A stretch of 64,000 nucleotides of DNA from Paecilomyces variotii (taxonomy: Eukaryota), in the NCBI GenBank assembly GCA_004022145.1, contig RCNU01000019.1; one strand, written 5' to 3'. Below are positions 13,404 to 27,430 of the stretch, piece after piece. A program made the position numbers and the translations under genes. The notes under the pieces were generated by a model, which saw only the letters and a list, made by a program, of their open reading frames with translations, had not been told where the DNA came from and made no database searches. Numbering within the stretch: position 1 is the first letter of the stretch; the number at the start of each line of letters is the position of its first letter.

Positions 13404-14085
13404 TAAGTTTTGACACGGCTGCCATATATTCTTTCTTACGTTGTGTTTTCGTTCCCACTAACTGTACAAATCACAGGCCTCAGAAGATAACCTACGCAGT
13501 AGGAATGTAAATTAAGCAGCAGTGTGTTGTTTCACACCTAGATAATCAGGTCTGAGCGTGTGTACAATAATCTGGCTTGTACCATTCAAGTCTATCAGGC
13601 ACCCGAGTAGTGAATGCTACAGGAATATTTTTGCAACTAGCAGACAGTATAGACAGAAGAGCTTATGATCAGAGCTCAGTCCTTTGGTCTAGGATATTAA
13701 GATGCCTTTAAGTTGAAAGATTCTGCTTTAGCACAGAATCCTAGCCACGTCGGGCAGACTCTGGTGATCATATAGCATCATATCTCGAGGACGACGAATC
13801 CGTGCGCGTTCACGGAGTCAGCAGCACTGAGCTTATCGTTCGCGTGACAAGTCTCAATATGCAGTCAAAATCGGATGTGTCTTGCCTCGGTGGTCCCAGT
13901 CTGTGGGATTCATGCTGGTGGGTGATTGTTGTCGCGTGGGTCGTCGGGCAGCGGGCAGCTCCTGCGGCAACAACTAACCAGCAACATGTAGATGCGAACT
14001 CAGACATATATGATCGATCGGCGTAGAGCGACATATCTTGTTGGGAAATCGGTGATATCGAAAAACCACTCGTGCTTGAGTAGTC

Positions 14086-14715
14086 TCAAACTTGTTCCTT
14101 TCCTTCAGCTGCCAACTTTTTCTCGCCATCCGCATCGAATCCCAGCGCATTCAACTGGCGGATCAATTCCTGAATCTTGATCACTTTCTCCAACTGCTCT
14201 GGGAGCAGAGATTCGCCCTTGTCCTTCTTGTCACGCAGGTCTCGAGCCTGACGAAGCTTCTTCCTCAAAGCACGTGCTTTCTTTTCCTTCTCTGCCTCTG
14301 GGTCCAGAGGCTCCTCTTCGGCCTTGTGCTGTTGGCCTTCCTGCTTCGACTGGTCTCCATTTGCAGCGTTGTCGCTGGGTACTGCATCGCCCGTAGCTGC
14401 TTTTGCCCGTTTCTTCGCCTCTCTCTTCTTTGCGTTCTTGTTGCTAACAGCGCTAGTGCTCTTTTCTGCAGCTTTGTCGCTGCTACCTAATCCTTCCGCA
14501 CCAGGGACACCTGCTTTACCTCTGTTCTTCCAGGCTTCTGCGGACCGATTCTTGTACAGCTCGACATCTTCGGGAGGGCGATAGCCGGGCCGGATGCGAA
14601 TCTCGCGGCGCTTGGTCCCATCCGCACGGACAGAAGAGGGTATAACACGTTCACCAGTGACGGCATCCACGGTGATGCCCGCAGCTGTGGGAGCAGGAGG
14701 ATTCGGAGAGGCCAT
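14086..14715 (-). CDS. PYM/WIBG (partner of Y14 and Mago) family protein
   Basis: Mago-binding motif GERVIPSSVRADGTKRREIRIRPGYRPPEDVELY and C-terminal KKLRQA..LLPEQLEKV. Likely start is MASPNPP at 14715. Confidence 0.88.
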   Translation of the reverse strand: MASPNPPAPTAAGITVDAVTGERVIPSSVRADGTKRREIRIRPGYRPPEDVELYKNRSAEAWKNRGKAGVPGAEGLGSSDKAAEKSTSAVSNKNAKKREAKKRAKAATGDAVPSDNAANGDQSKQEGQQHKAEEEPLDPEAEKEKKARALRKKLRQARDLRDKKDKGESLLPEQLEKVIKIQELIRQLNALGFDADGEKKLAAEGKEQV

Positions 14716-15134
14716 TTCTTGGTCCGTCTCGGGACAATGTGCGTAACCGATGTAATCGGTGACTGGTAATTCTGGTGAGTTCGATGGCCACCAGACTGAT
14801 TTTTTCTGAGTGGCCAGCGTATCGCGCCCTGAAACGCAAGTGTAGCGCGATACGATAATTGACGGCAGCGAAAGAGAGAACGTGAAGCTCCCAAGTGTTG
14901 TTCCAGTTCTTCCAAAGGCGGAAAGCTTGAGGCTCTTCGGGCGTTCCAGGTTGCCGGTGGTCACGGCTGCTAGCCAGCCAATCATCGCTCCGGGGATTCC
15001 CGCGACCGATGCTTTTCGCGCTGGGCCGGGAGAGCAACTCCAAACTTCCACCCTCGACACTCTACAAGACTGTACAGCGTTCCCCTCACGACTCCTCTCT
15101 TCTCACCGGTCTCATCACCGACACATCTATCACA

Positions 15135-15615
15135 ATGTCTGGAGGAGTAAGTCTGCCTTTCCTTAGTTTTGGTTGTGCAATCCAATGGCTAACCTTGCTC
15201 ACGCTGTCACAGATCTCTTCCGTCATCTACCAGCAAGTACCCCCGTCAATGCCGCAAAACCTCGGATTGCCTTTGCTGACGTGACGACTCCTTTCTCAGG
15301 ACCCTCTTCCGGAGGAACGCTGTGTTCCTGTCTTCTATCTTCGTCGGTGCCTTCGCCTTCGAGATGTATGTTTGATGCTGCCCAGCTATTGCTGCTATCG
15401 CCCGGAAAGTACGGAATACTGACGGATGGGACTCCCTTACAGTGCCTTTGACACCGCCTCGAACAAGGTCTGGGACTGCCTCAACAAGGGCGTATGTGAC
15501 CCCGGAGACCTCTTTGAATCGAAACATCGTTTATGGCTAACTCGGTCGACAGCGCCAATGGAAGGACATCCGTCACAAGTACATCCAGGCAGCCCAAGAG
15601 GAGGATGATGAGTAG
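15135..15615 (+). CDS. qcr9: Cytochrome b-c1 complex subunit 9 (multi-intron gene, missed by the ORF track)
   Basis: Spliced exons give MSGG/ISSVIYQ/TLFRRNAVFLSSIFVGAFAFE/AFDTASNKVWDCLNKG/RQWKDIRHKYIQAAQEEDDE*, the QCR9 signature (NKGRQWKDI). Confidence 0.92.
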
Positions 15616-16395
15616 AGGATGGGACTGTGATGCAGTCCCCTTTTCACCTCAGCACAGAGCGAAAATACCAATGTAACTTGTTATCATACTGATTGGGAAA
15701 TGGTAGCGGACTGGAAATAGAGTTCTTTGTTCTTCATATGTAACACCTGAGGGCACCCAGTGTTTAATCTAGCGTAGAAAATAACATAGGAAAATCAAAC
15801 TCCCATATAACTGATTCCATAAGATTATTGGCCATGAGCAATGTGGCGGGGAGTTGCGAATGCCTTAACCGTATGGCGACCGTAGGCGGGATACAGTGGC
15901 GCTAAGAAGCTTCTTTGACAGTCTTTCGGCCGCCCGATGTCATACCGAGAAGACTGCATCAACCACAACTCACTTTCTCAGACCGGCGGGGTCAACATCC
16001 ATGCATCAAACGACCTTTACCGGACAATACTGACAGTCTTATGATTTAATGATCTGTAAATTCCGCATCGACGATTCTTACTAGCTTGTTCTTACGCGCA
16101 CAAGATTGCATGACCCTGCACGGCTACCTCACTCTTTGTCGAATCGATCGGGATTACCAATTCTTCTACAACATTGACACTATTCTCTGGTTCACATAGC
16201 CAGTCTGGTTACAATTTGCGAAAACACTGAGGTGCGGGGTTTATGTAATTGCCTGGTCACTATTCTCCTGAACATCTTCACTTGCGATTCACGATAACGT
16301 TCGCATCGAGCACGTCCACCCCGCCACACCATCTATCTCATCTTGTCGACGACTACTGCATGGGTGACTTTGTTGCAACAATACGATCCTAAGAT

Positions 16396-19300
16396 ATGCT
16401 CACAGAATGTGAGAGGAAGCTTGGTGAAGGCCTTCTGCGCCTCCCGGCGAAGCACAACTACCGGTATGGGCCGCAAGCCGAACGAGATCTTCTCGAGCTT
16501 CTCTTCCGTTCACTTTCAGGGTTTAATGAGGAGCACCTGCGAGAGCTTTTCCCAGAGAGACTTCCTAGCGGTCCGTGGAAGTTGACGGAAGCGCAAGGCG
16601 CGAAGGATGGTGCGGAATATACTGAGGCTGCGAGGGGCAAGAGATGTGGGCATATCTTCAGGCCGAATGAGGCGACATATCGATGTCTCACTTGCGCCTC
16701 TGATGATACCTGCGTACTATGCAGTCGGTGCTTCGACTCTTCGGATCATACAGGCCATCAGTATCAGATCAGTTTGTCATCTGGTAATTGTGGTTGCTGC
16801 GACTGTGGTGATGACGAAGCTTGGAAGGTGCCCCTCTTCTGCGCTATTCACACAGACACGGGTGATGCGAAGGGTAAAGAGCGAGCTCGAAACCAACTGT
16901 CTCAGGATTGGGTGGATAGCATAAAGACTACGATCTCAAGAGCTCTGGACTATTTCTGTGATGTTATCTCCTGCTCACCTGAGCAACTCAGGCTTCCCAA
17001 GACGGAAGACGGAATTAGGCATGATGAGGAGGCATCGAGATTGCGCCCTGGTTGGTATGGTGAAGGTGACGCTGCTGAGGACGAACCTGAATTCGCACTG
17101 GCTCTCTGGAATGACGAGAAGCACACGATCAGAGACGTCTCCCATCAGGTTACCAGGGCGTGCCGTGAGAGAGACAGCTTCGGTAATGCAAAGGCCCACG
17201 AAACCAACGATATAGGTAGAAGCGTCATCAAGTATTCCAAAGATCTGCAGAGACTGTTAGCGGTATCGAAAGTCATCGAACAGATCAAAGTCACAGTGAC
17301 CGTGCGCTCCTCTCGAGACACATTCCGAGAGCAAATGTGTGGAACCATAATAGAGTGGCTGGCCGATATTGCAGGCGCCAGCGTCAAGGAAGACAATGAA
17401 ATTTTGCGGCGTGTCATCTGTGAAGAGCTGCTACGGCCATGGCGACGAGGCAGTGGCGCGTACAACGCGGATATTGGCATGAAGGGAATTGATGACCATG
17501 AAAGGAATGAAAGCGCACCATACCGTGCGATAACCCTGACAGTCTCGCCCCAGGGTCAAGTTGTATTGGCAGCCTCTGATGAAGATGACATGGAGGAGAA
17601 CGGCGATGAGCAAGAGGCACAAAACGAAGAAGACGAAGGAGAAGATGGGGAGGACGACGAGGGCTACGACGATACCCGGGAAGAAGATGACGAAGAGTAC
17701 GAAGATATGGAACTGGATCTCAACAGAATGCGCGAAGAGGTAGACGAAGATGAAGATATGGAAATGGGTAACGCTGATGACGAACTTGAGGTCGCGGAAG
17801 CTACATTAGCTGGATATCCGCCCCCTCCTCCACCGCCACCACCACCGCGATCACAGACCCAAGATGCTACGCAGCAGTCTGCTACGGAGTCTACTACGGA
17901 TGAGAACAGAGTTCCTACCACGGCGTCCAGTGTGCATATTCCAAGGACTCCAACTACCTCGGTTAAGCCTACACCTGCCAGGACTCCAAGCCACTGGCAG
18001 GTAAAACCACCTGGTCCTGCGACAGGCGAGGTGCCTCCGCATGAGGATCTCTGGCAGCGGACTCGTCTTGATTGGATGGTCCTCTTTGACCTGAGACTAT
18101 GGAAGAAAGCAAGAACTGATCTTCGCGATCTCTACATCAGCACTGTGGTCAACGTCCCTGAGTTCAAGAGGGTCATGGGTCTGCGCTTAGCTGCCTTATA
18201 CACTGCTTTGGCGCAGTTGTACTTGATTGCAGACAGAGAACCAGACCATTCGATCGTGAATCTCTCTCTACAACTATTGACTACTCCATCGATCACAGAG
18301 GAGATTGTTCAGCGTGGAAACTTCCTTACGAAGGTCATGGCCATTCTCTACACGTTCCTGACTACCCGCCAGGTGGGTGAACCTCATGAAGTCAACCCAA
18401 CTGCAACACTAGCTTTCGATGCCGGGTCCGTGACGAATAGACGTCTGTACCACTTCTTTTTGGATTTGCGTTACCTTCTCCAGTCTGAATACGTCCAGCA
18501 CCGTGTCCGTACAGAGGAACAATACCTATTGCAATTCCTTGATCTAGTCAAACTTCCGCAGGGTATCTGTCCCAATGTACGCGCAGTCGGAGAACACGTC
18601 GAATATGAGACAGACGCCTGGATTAGCGCGTCAATCCTCATGAGGGAGATTAACCGTCTCTGCCGTCAATTCTGCGAGGCATTCAGGAACCCCGAAGTTG
18701 ACAATGGAAAGAATTTATTAAGAGCAGTCAAGGCCGCTGCTATCTCCGCGATCGTACACTCAACCGGCATTGAACGCAAGCGCTTCGACCAAGCTGAAAT
18801 AAAAGAATATGTGCGCTTCAAATCGCTACCTTGCTTCGATTTCGAAGTCGATCCGTCGGGTCAGATACCCCGACACAGGGTCGTGGATTTCATAGTCGAA
18901 AAGGGCTCTATCAGCTTCCACCATCCTTTGCATTACATACTCTCCTGGTTGCTAGAATGCGGCCGGGGCATGAGCAGTGCTTTGATGCACAACGTCCTGT
19001 TAGAGGCCGCTCGGGTGGCCAACGAAATGTATATCCACGATACACAGCTTACCCCGGAGGATCTTCTTCTGACAATGTTCGACTTTCCACTCCGGGTGTG
19101 TGCTTGGCTGGCACAGATGAAGGCTGGTATGTGGGTGCGCAATGGCCTCAGCTTGCGCCATCAAATGTCACAGTATCGAGGAGTGTCATCCCGAGATTTC
19201 GCCTATTATCGTGACATCTTCCTACTCCAAACAGCACTAGTTACATGCGACTCAAGCAGGGTGCTTGCATCGATTGCAGACCGTTTCGGGATGGTAGATT

Positions 19301-22300
19301 GGATGACGCGAGGCTATGTTCCCAGGCAGGGATACGAAGACTCTCAGATAGTCGACGTGGCGGAAGAATTCGTTCATCTTCTGATTATCCTCCTTACCGA
19401 TCGTACTTCTTTGACGGCCATCGACGATTCTGTCACTTTCAGCAGGGAGAACATCAGCCGCGACATCGCACATGTCCTTTGCTTCAAGCCCCTATCCTTC
19501 TCGGATCTATCGACTCGTTTAAGCGATAAGCTGCTCGAGACGGACTTGTTCCAGGACGTCCTAGACGAGATTGCTGTCTTCCGACCTCCGGAGGGCTTAA
19601 ATGATACTGGAACATTCGAGTTGAAGCAAGAGTACATCGCCTTGGTAGACCCGTACAGTGCGCACTACACTAAGAACCAGCGCGATGAGGCGGAAAATAT
19701 CTACAAAGAGTGGATGGCCAAGAAATCTGGAAAGAAACCAGCTGATATAGTCTTTGAACCCAACCTGCGGCACATCAGTACTGGGGCATTCTCCAAGTTA
19801 CCGCACTTTACCAGGACTTTGATCTTTGCTCAGCTGGTACACCACTGTCTTGATTATGCGATGTCCTCGAAAGAGAGCACTCCGAACATCCCTTCCACCC
19901 GCGTGGATACTTTCCTTCAGATTGTTCTTCATCTGACACTGCTCGCTACGCTTGAAGATCCTAGCGACGAAGACGACTCTACGGAATCGCGCTCTTCCTT
20001 CGTCTTGCATGCGCTATCGCGCTCAAGGGAGACTCGGGCCGGAAATCTGACGATTATAGGCCTGCTGCAGAAGATCTCAACCATGAATGAGTTTGACGCA
20101 TGTGGTCCCAAGATTCGACACATTCTAAGAAGAATGTGGCAGAAACGGCCGAAGGCGTATTCCGCGGCAACGGCAAACTTGAAATTCCCTTATGATAGGG
20201 TTGATGCCGGTTCCCCTGCCACCAATACAGAGAGCGAACAAGAGATGAAAAAGAAGCAGGCTCTTGAGAGGCAGGCAAGGGTAATGGCCCAATTTCAGCA
20301 ACAGCAACAGAATTTCCTGAATAGTCAGGGTGCAATAGATTGGGGAGAAGAGGACTTCAGCGACATGGAATCTGAAGCCGAAGCCGAAGCCCCCTCTGAA
20401 GCCAAGATCTGGAAGTATCCGAGCGGAACATGTATCCTCTGCCAAGAGGAGACAAACGACTCTAGACTGTATGGTACTTTTGCGTTGATCCAGGACAGTG
20501 GCATTCTGAGGCAGACAGATATCAAGGACCCCGACTATATCAGGGAAGTTCTGCGGACACCGTCAAGCTTGGACAAGTCTGCCGACCACATCCGTCCTTT
20601 TGGCGTTGCAGGCGAAAATCGGGTTACAGTGAAGAGATTAGACTCAAAAGGTGACGAAGTGATCACCGAGAAGATTGGTGTGAGCAAGGGCTTTAACCCA
20701 GAGAACACCATTCGGGGACCGGTAACGACAGGTTGCGGTCATATAATGCACTACTCTTGTTTTGAGGTTTACTATGCCGCGACGCAGAGGCGGCACAGTC
20801 AACAAGTGGCTCGCAACCATCCCGAGCGTCTGTCCCTGAAGGAATTCGTCTGTCCTCTATGTAAGGCTCTTGGAAATGCGTTCCTGCCAATTATTTGGAA
20901 GGGCAAGGAGGAATCGTACCCCGGCGCTCTCAGGACCAGCGGATCTTTCGAAGACTTCATCAACACCGGTGTGAAATCCGCTCTAGAACAACCTCGCACT
21001 TACGCTCTTCTGGTGGAGGGTGATAAGCTGCAGTTACCTGCATATCATGATATCTATGCTGACTATCTGTCGAAGACGATGGTACCGCCACTAACTGGAA
21101 AGATTGGCCAACTCATAGCTTCCTCGCCGCCGTCCATGCCGCCAATTCCTGCTCAATACGTACAGGCGACACGGATTCAAATGCCGGGCGTCTTCCCAAC
21201 TGCAGAAGACCTCACGGCATCGAGTCCACTTCAGCAAGTCTCTACACCCGGTCACAGCCCCATGTCAGAGCTCATGCAAATATACAAGAGACTGAAGAAG
21301 ACTATCCGATTGAACAACATCCAGTCCTCATTTAGTCATCCTGCAGATGCGATCAACTCCGATGAATTACTTCACACTGATTCCCTCATACGAAGTTTTG
21401 GGTTCAGCATCTCTGCCTTGGAGATCGCTCAACGTGGCGTCGAATCTGAGCCTGGCTCAACTCTACTAGACAAGATCCCGCAGTTGACGCTCACCCACCT
21501 CCGTGTCCTTGCTGAGACAGCTCTGTCATATGTCGCAGTCGGTGGACTTCAAAATGGTGCCAATGGTAAGAGTCGGTCCGCTCAAGAATTCCAGGAAATA
21601 CAGCGTCAGAAACTCTGCCAGTTGTTTGTTGGTCATCCTTGCATGACTGGTACATCTCTACTAAACGACGTCCGAAATATCGAACCTTTGCTGGCAACGG
21701 ATATTTTCATTTTCATGGCAGAATCTTCGCTGTCTCTGCTCCAGATCCTGAACATCGACATCCGCCATCTAATTCAGATGTGTTATGTGGCGGAGATTAT
21801 CAAAGTGGCAGTCACTTTTATTCTCTGGCCTCTGGGCTTGAAGGCGGAATTGGCAGAGCATGGCGATGCGTCTTATCTGCTCGAAGTGGAGTTGTCTGAT
21901 GAACGCTATGCCATTACCAGGCATTTCTTTGATTCGGTCGTCACCGAGCTAAGATCTAACTCTGTTGGGCGTGCAGAAGGATCATCTTTTCCCGCCGAGA
22001 GCGGCTACGTGAAAGAAGGCGAGGGGTCTGCGACGCCAGGCATCATCATAGCCTTGAGGCGACTGATATCTAGCTATGCCCTGGCCTTCCTCCGCAAGAC
22101 AGTGATCCTTCTGCACGTGCAACATGGAGTCGAATTCCCCAACACTGGATTTGCCGATGTAGGCACATCTGAGTTGGATCGCCTTACCAAGCTTCTTCAA
22201 TTACCGACGCTGGACCAGCTATTCTCAACTTTCTCGCCAGCTAGGAATACAAAGAAACCATTTGACAGCGTCGTTTCAGGATGGATCTTCCACTGGAATG

Positions 22301-22888
22301 CATCTCGTTCTGGAATCCGCTTCGATGACCACAGGCTTTGGCCAAGCCTCTCGCACCCTGCTATCTTTGAGTTGGTGGGTCTTCCCAAGTATTATGATAT
22401 CTTGATCGAGGAGGCAAACAAAAAGCGATGCCCGAACTCCAAGAAAGAATTGATGGATCCGAGTATCTGTCTATTCTGCGGTGATATTTTCTGCTCTCAA
22501 GCTGTCTGCTGCATGGACAAGAAGTTGGGCGGATGCAACCAGCATCTTAAGAAGTAAGTAGTAGACACTGCTCCCGTTTCTTCGTTTTCTGGATCGTGAC
22601 TAACGAGGCGTTTTTTACAGGTGCGGCAAGAACGTGGGCTTATTTATCAACATCCGCAAATGCACCGTGCTCTATCTCCACAACCACAACGGTTCGTGGC
22701 ATTTCGCGCCTTATCTAGACCGCCATGGAGAGGTTGATCCTGGTCTGCGGCGCAACCGTCAGCTCATTCTGAATCAGAAGCGCTACGACAGACTTCTGCG
22801 TGACGTCTGGCTATCGCACCAAATCCCAGCTACCATCAGCAGGAAGCTAGAAGCAGATATCAACAACGGAGGTTGGGAAACTATTTGA
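16396..22888 (+). CDS. ubr1: N-end-rule E3 ubiquitin ligase Ubr1; intron ~22554-22620
   Basis: UBR box (CGHIF..YRCLTC..CVLC..CF..H..H..GCCDCGD), ClpS-like LWNDEKHT, RING-H2 (CILCQE..CGHIMH..C..EFVCPLC), and C-terminal APYLDRHGEVD. Confidence 0.96.
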
Positions 22889-23713
22889 GATGGACAGCTC
22901 TATGTAAGAATGAAGAGTTTGGTGGAATTATGATATTTTGGCCATGGAAGGCGAAATGTCATACTCTTTGGAAGTCAAATTTCCTTTTGCATAATATCCG
23001 CTCTATTTCATTTTTTACTTACATTGGTGGTTCTTCTACTATGTCTTGAAGTCCTGACGCAACCACTTTACCATCATATGCTCATTGGCGGATTTTAAAT
23101 TTCAGATAGCTTTGGACGTTTGCAACTAGGTGTCAGTAAATATTCTACACATATTCAGATGCTCTGGGCCCAGAGGAAAAAATAGAACACAATCAACTTT
23201 TTGTCCGATCATCTAGTGTGATGTTTTAAATAAACATTCGGGTCGAAACCATTAATGACCACTACTCGTTGTGGTAGAGTGCATATTGTATCCTGAAAGA
23301 TACGTCGAAGGAAAACTCATAAAAGAATAGACTTCAATAAGCTCTGACGATCCGTTGACTCAAAATAGTTCCATACTGCAGAAGATAAAAGAGTTGTCTT
23401 CAAGCCGAAGTACATAAGTTAGCTTACTTGCCACCATCATGCTTGACCGCCAAGCCTTGCGGGACCCCTAGCACATGCCGTCATTCGCTCAGCGACAACT
23501 TTCGCGCATGTCACCAGTTAAACGAGAAACATCTTATCAGAACTACAAGTGTTGCTGCTTTCAGCAGAGTTATATTGCGGAGTCCACGTCGCTGCGAAGT
23601 GGTAGAGGCTGCAAGTTCCTCCGGCGGTCAGCGCGCCACGTTCTGTTTTTTCCCCCCTCGGCCAGTTTCGATATCCTCGATGAAACTGGATCTTTCGAGG
23701 AAAAGCAACAAAC

Positions 23714-25461
23714 ATGAATAACGAGCAATTCCGCCGTCTTATACTTGACCAGACGCCGGCTAGAGATAAGGATCAAAGTCCAAATGGATCTTCTCCGCGA
23801 CAACAAGGGAAGTCTGCGGTCGGGGGCGCGACTCCCGGTGTGCTTGGGTCGAGAATGCGATCGAGCATCCCGATGACGCCGTATGTGGATTGTTCTCTTG
23901 TCATCACGATGTTTTGTTGGGATTATTTTTAGCTAATGAGTACTTCTTATGATCTAGTCGCTCTGTGAAAGGTGTTGACTTCGCCCGTCAGCTCGCTGAG
24001 CATCGTCGCGAGTCGCAACAGCCGCCTACGAAGAAGTTCAAATCTTCCGCCGCCCCGAAGGGAACCAAGCTTGCAGCGGGCTATCAGGACCGCTCGATAT
24101 TGCGAAGGAAACAGGATGAGGAGGAAGCAGAGGCTGAGGATAAAGAGAAGCGCGTCAAGGCGTTGGAGGAGTTGGTGAAACTGGGTCAGATCGACCAGGC
24201 TACGTTCGAGAAACTGCGGGCGGAGATTGGGGTCGGTGGTGATGTGAGCAGTACGCATCTGGTCAAGGGACTAGATTGGAATCTGCTGAAGCGTGTCAAG
24301 GCGGGGGAGGATATTACGAAGCCTGTAGAAGAAGAAACTCCCGAGGCTGAGGCCCCCGAAGCAGTTGAGGATGTTGATGATGAGTTTGACCGTATACTGG
24401 ATGAGAAGGAGAAGGATGTCCGACCTGTTGCTCCCAAGGAAGAAAAGGTTAAGAAAGGAAATATGGCTCCTCCGCCTCCGCCTGCTAGCACAGGGCAGAA
24501 GAGGTCAAGAGACGAGATTCTAAAGCAGCTTAAGGCAAGCAGAGCAGCGGCAGCTGCGGCTCCTGTTCAACCCGCTCCTCAGCAGACTGGTCCTGCGTTG
24601 GGTTCGAAATTCAAGAAGATTGGAGACAACAAGCAGCGCTGGATTGAACAAGACGAGACTGGAAGACGGAGGGAGGTTCTGATTACGAAAGATGCCGAGG
24701 GAAGGACAAAGAAGAAGGTTAGATATCTGGACAAACCTGGAGAACAGAATGGTGGCCTGCTGGCTCCTGATAAGAGCGCAAAACCTCTAGGAATGGAGGT
24801 TCCTGCTGAAATCGCGGCGAAGATAGCTGCGACACCGGAGGCAGAAGAGGACGGAGACATTTTCGAGGGTGTTGGCGCAGACTACAACCCTCTGGGTGAT
24901 CTTGGTGACGAGGAAAGTTCTTCTGAATCCGAAGATGAGGCTGCCGCCGTTGAAAAGGATGCTGTAGCATCCACGGCTCCACCACCACCGGAACCTGCTT
25001 CCACTGAGACAGCTGAGAAAGCAACTGCGGCTCCGGCGAAACCTCGCAATTATTTCTCGACACCTACTACTGCAGAGACAGCGGAATCCTCCCGTGCCAA
25101 TCCATTTGCCACGGATCCGACGATCATGGCGGCTTTGAAGAGGGCGGCTCAGCTCCGACAAGCAGCGGAATCTGAGGAAGTGGCCGGTGAAGAAGACGCT
25201 GACGCGGAGACCCTCGCGCGACGGAAGAAGTTCCTGGAAGAAGCGAAGCGGCGTGAGGCTCAAGATGCGATGGATATGGACTATGGATTCGGCAGTAGTC
25301 GTATCGAAGATGAGGAAGACGAAGAAGGGCCGACCTGGGAGGAGAGAGGTGGCAATAAGCGCAAACGGGGTCCAAAGAAGCGCAAGGGTAATAAGGATAG
25401 TGCTGCTGATGTTTTAAGGGTCCTCGATGCGAGAAGCAAAGGGGACAAGGGCAAGGAGTAG
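23714..25461 (+). CDS. RED/IK-like spliceosome-associated protein (RED N-terminal domain); intron ~23881-23958
   Basis: MNNEQFRRLI, GYQDRSILR and GGDVSSTHLVKGLDWNLLKRVK are typical of the RED_N domain. Confidence 0.85.
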
Positions 25462-26596
25462 ACACAGTATAGTCATGGTTAACCTTCCCAATATGATACC
25501 AGAGGTCGTGAAGCATCATTGTTGCTCTTTGGACCGACCTCATAATGCAAATTTCTACTCGACAAACCACAGTAGTGTATCTAGTTGGGTCCTGCGAATT
25601 CTAGCCGTAGAGTCCTCGCCAGTACGGACCCAATTCTGAACCGGTCATGATCACTGTTTAGAAACACGAAAGAAACAGTGCTTTGATCTCATTTCGACCT
25701 GTTATTTGCTTGAGTGCTATGGCGAGAGAATGGCGGATTGGTGCTCCCGTGTCGAACGACGGTGGACTGCCAACACTGAAGGCGAGGCGGGTCTTATATC
25801 CCTATTTTGACCCAGTAGTAATAAGCCATATACCAATTTAGAAGCTGTTTCACATCAGACCACAGTATTTCTGGATATTGAGACTCCCCAGCCACATCGT
25901 GCAGTCGCCACGACGGTGAAACAGCAAAATGTCCGTAGCGGAGCGGAGTGGGATCCTTGGCGTATCATTTTCGATCTATATATCAGACAAGCATCGAATA
26001 TCTGCAATGAAATAATTAATCATTTATCAACAACGATTCTTGCGGAGAGGGAGATTAGGCAGCACTTATTACATCATGGAATGGCTTGCTAGGCTGCAAT
26101 ACTGTGCCTGGCTCTTATATCCCATCGATCCTCCGCTTCAACCCCAGCCGCCTCCTCCATCAACACAACCACTTCCCCACCCTCCCCAGACATCACAACA
26201 ACGCGAAACGCGCTCTTCCTGGTCATGTATCTGATCGAACAAAGAAGACTTTACAACAAAGGAATAGTCCTCGCCCAAGACCGCTCGCCAGTCGTCCTCT
26301 TAGCGAATCGCGTGGACTAGCGCGAATCTCCTGAAGATAAATACCCCCCTCTGCCCACCAAATCTTCTCCTTACTACTTCACTTTCGTTCTATGCACTTC
26401 ACCCGGGATCAAGTTCATGTGTGTGGACATGGACTTGATCCCGAAGACTACTTCATGGTGCGATGTGACCTTGCATAGCCGCATCAGTCCTCTTGTTCTT
26501 CCACTTGATACACCTTTCCCATCGACGTGTTCATCGAAGGAACACAATGACACCTTTGAATTATGGGCATAACATGCCAGATTCTTCTCTTGCACA

Positions 26597-27430
26597 CAGG
26601 TAAGAACCTTAGAATGTACCCATCGCGACAGAGGACTGTTCGTTCCCTTTCTTGCCCCTTCAGATCTATATTATATATTGCCACTTATCCCCCAAGCACA
26701 CGCTCGTAGCCGCGAGCAGACACCTCTTGTTTCTTTGCCGGAGTTCGATGACGGGTGGAAGAGCTTGCCAGTGCATTTGTGCTGAGGAGGAGGCCTCCTC
26801 TTCTGGATATTTCCAGACTTTCTAGGTTCGAAATTCTATGATACGATCGATCGCTCAGCCATTTAACGACTTGATGACATTTGCTGTGGGAACTTGATCA
26901 GGAAAAGAGGTAAGAAACCTGAGAAAGTACCCTTGGGATCCCTAGAATCTACCCTGGTGTAGAACTGGCCACTCGAAGCTTGGGAGTTCGAAGATGGGGT
27001 GGAAGACCTTACCAGTACCTTTGTGCTGACGGAGACGGTTGTCTCCAGGTTCTACAGGTTCTACGAGTTCGATCTCTGTACTGTCTGATCAGGCACAGGA
27101 TATGGTGACATCGCATGTCACTTATCTACGAAATATACATACAGGTAAGAACCCTAGGATGTACCCCCTTGCGACACTGGATTTGCAGACTCTACGCTGC
27201 AGTCCAGAGAGGCCTTGTCTCTTGCCTTTTCCATTTTTCTATCCGTCGCGTGTATAGGGCCCTCCCCCTCCTCCCGTCGAAGCTGTCTATACTATCTTAT
27301 AAAACTTTCTTTCCTCCTGCACCTGCACCTGCACCTGCACCTGAGCAAGTCTTCGGGTTTCTTGTGGGGAGTCTGCTTGATGGGTGGAAGATCTTACCAG
27401 TACCTTGTGCTGAGAGGGACGATTGTCTCT
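26597..27430. repeat. Three degenerate direct-repeat units (motif A caggtaagaacc.tag.atgtaccc; motif B gggtggaaga.cttaccagtacc.ttgtgctga)
   Basis: Motif A at ~26597, ~26908 (partial) and ~27142. Motif B at ~26750, ~26995 and ~27380. Confidence 0.75.

Noticed and set aside
14716-15060. N-terminal extension of the 324-aa PYM ORF
   Set aside because: It relies on a non-ATG start and overlaps the shared promoter; family similarity begins after ATG 14715.
26404-26460. Helitron 3' end
   Set aside because: The hairpin is not followed by a CTRR terminus at the expected distance on either strand, and no Rep/Pif1 helicase is present. The island helicases are Upf1-like.
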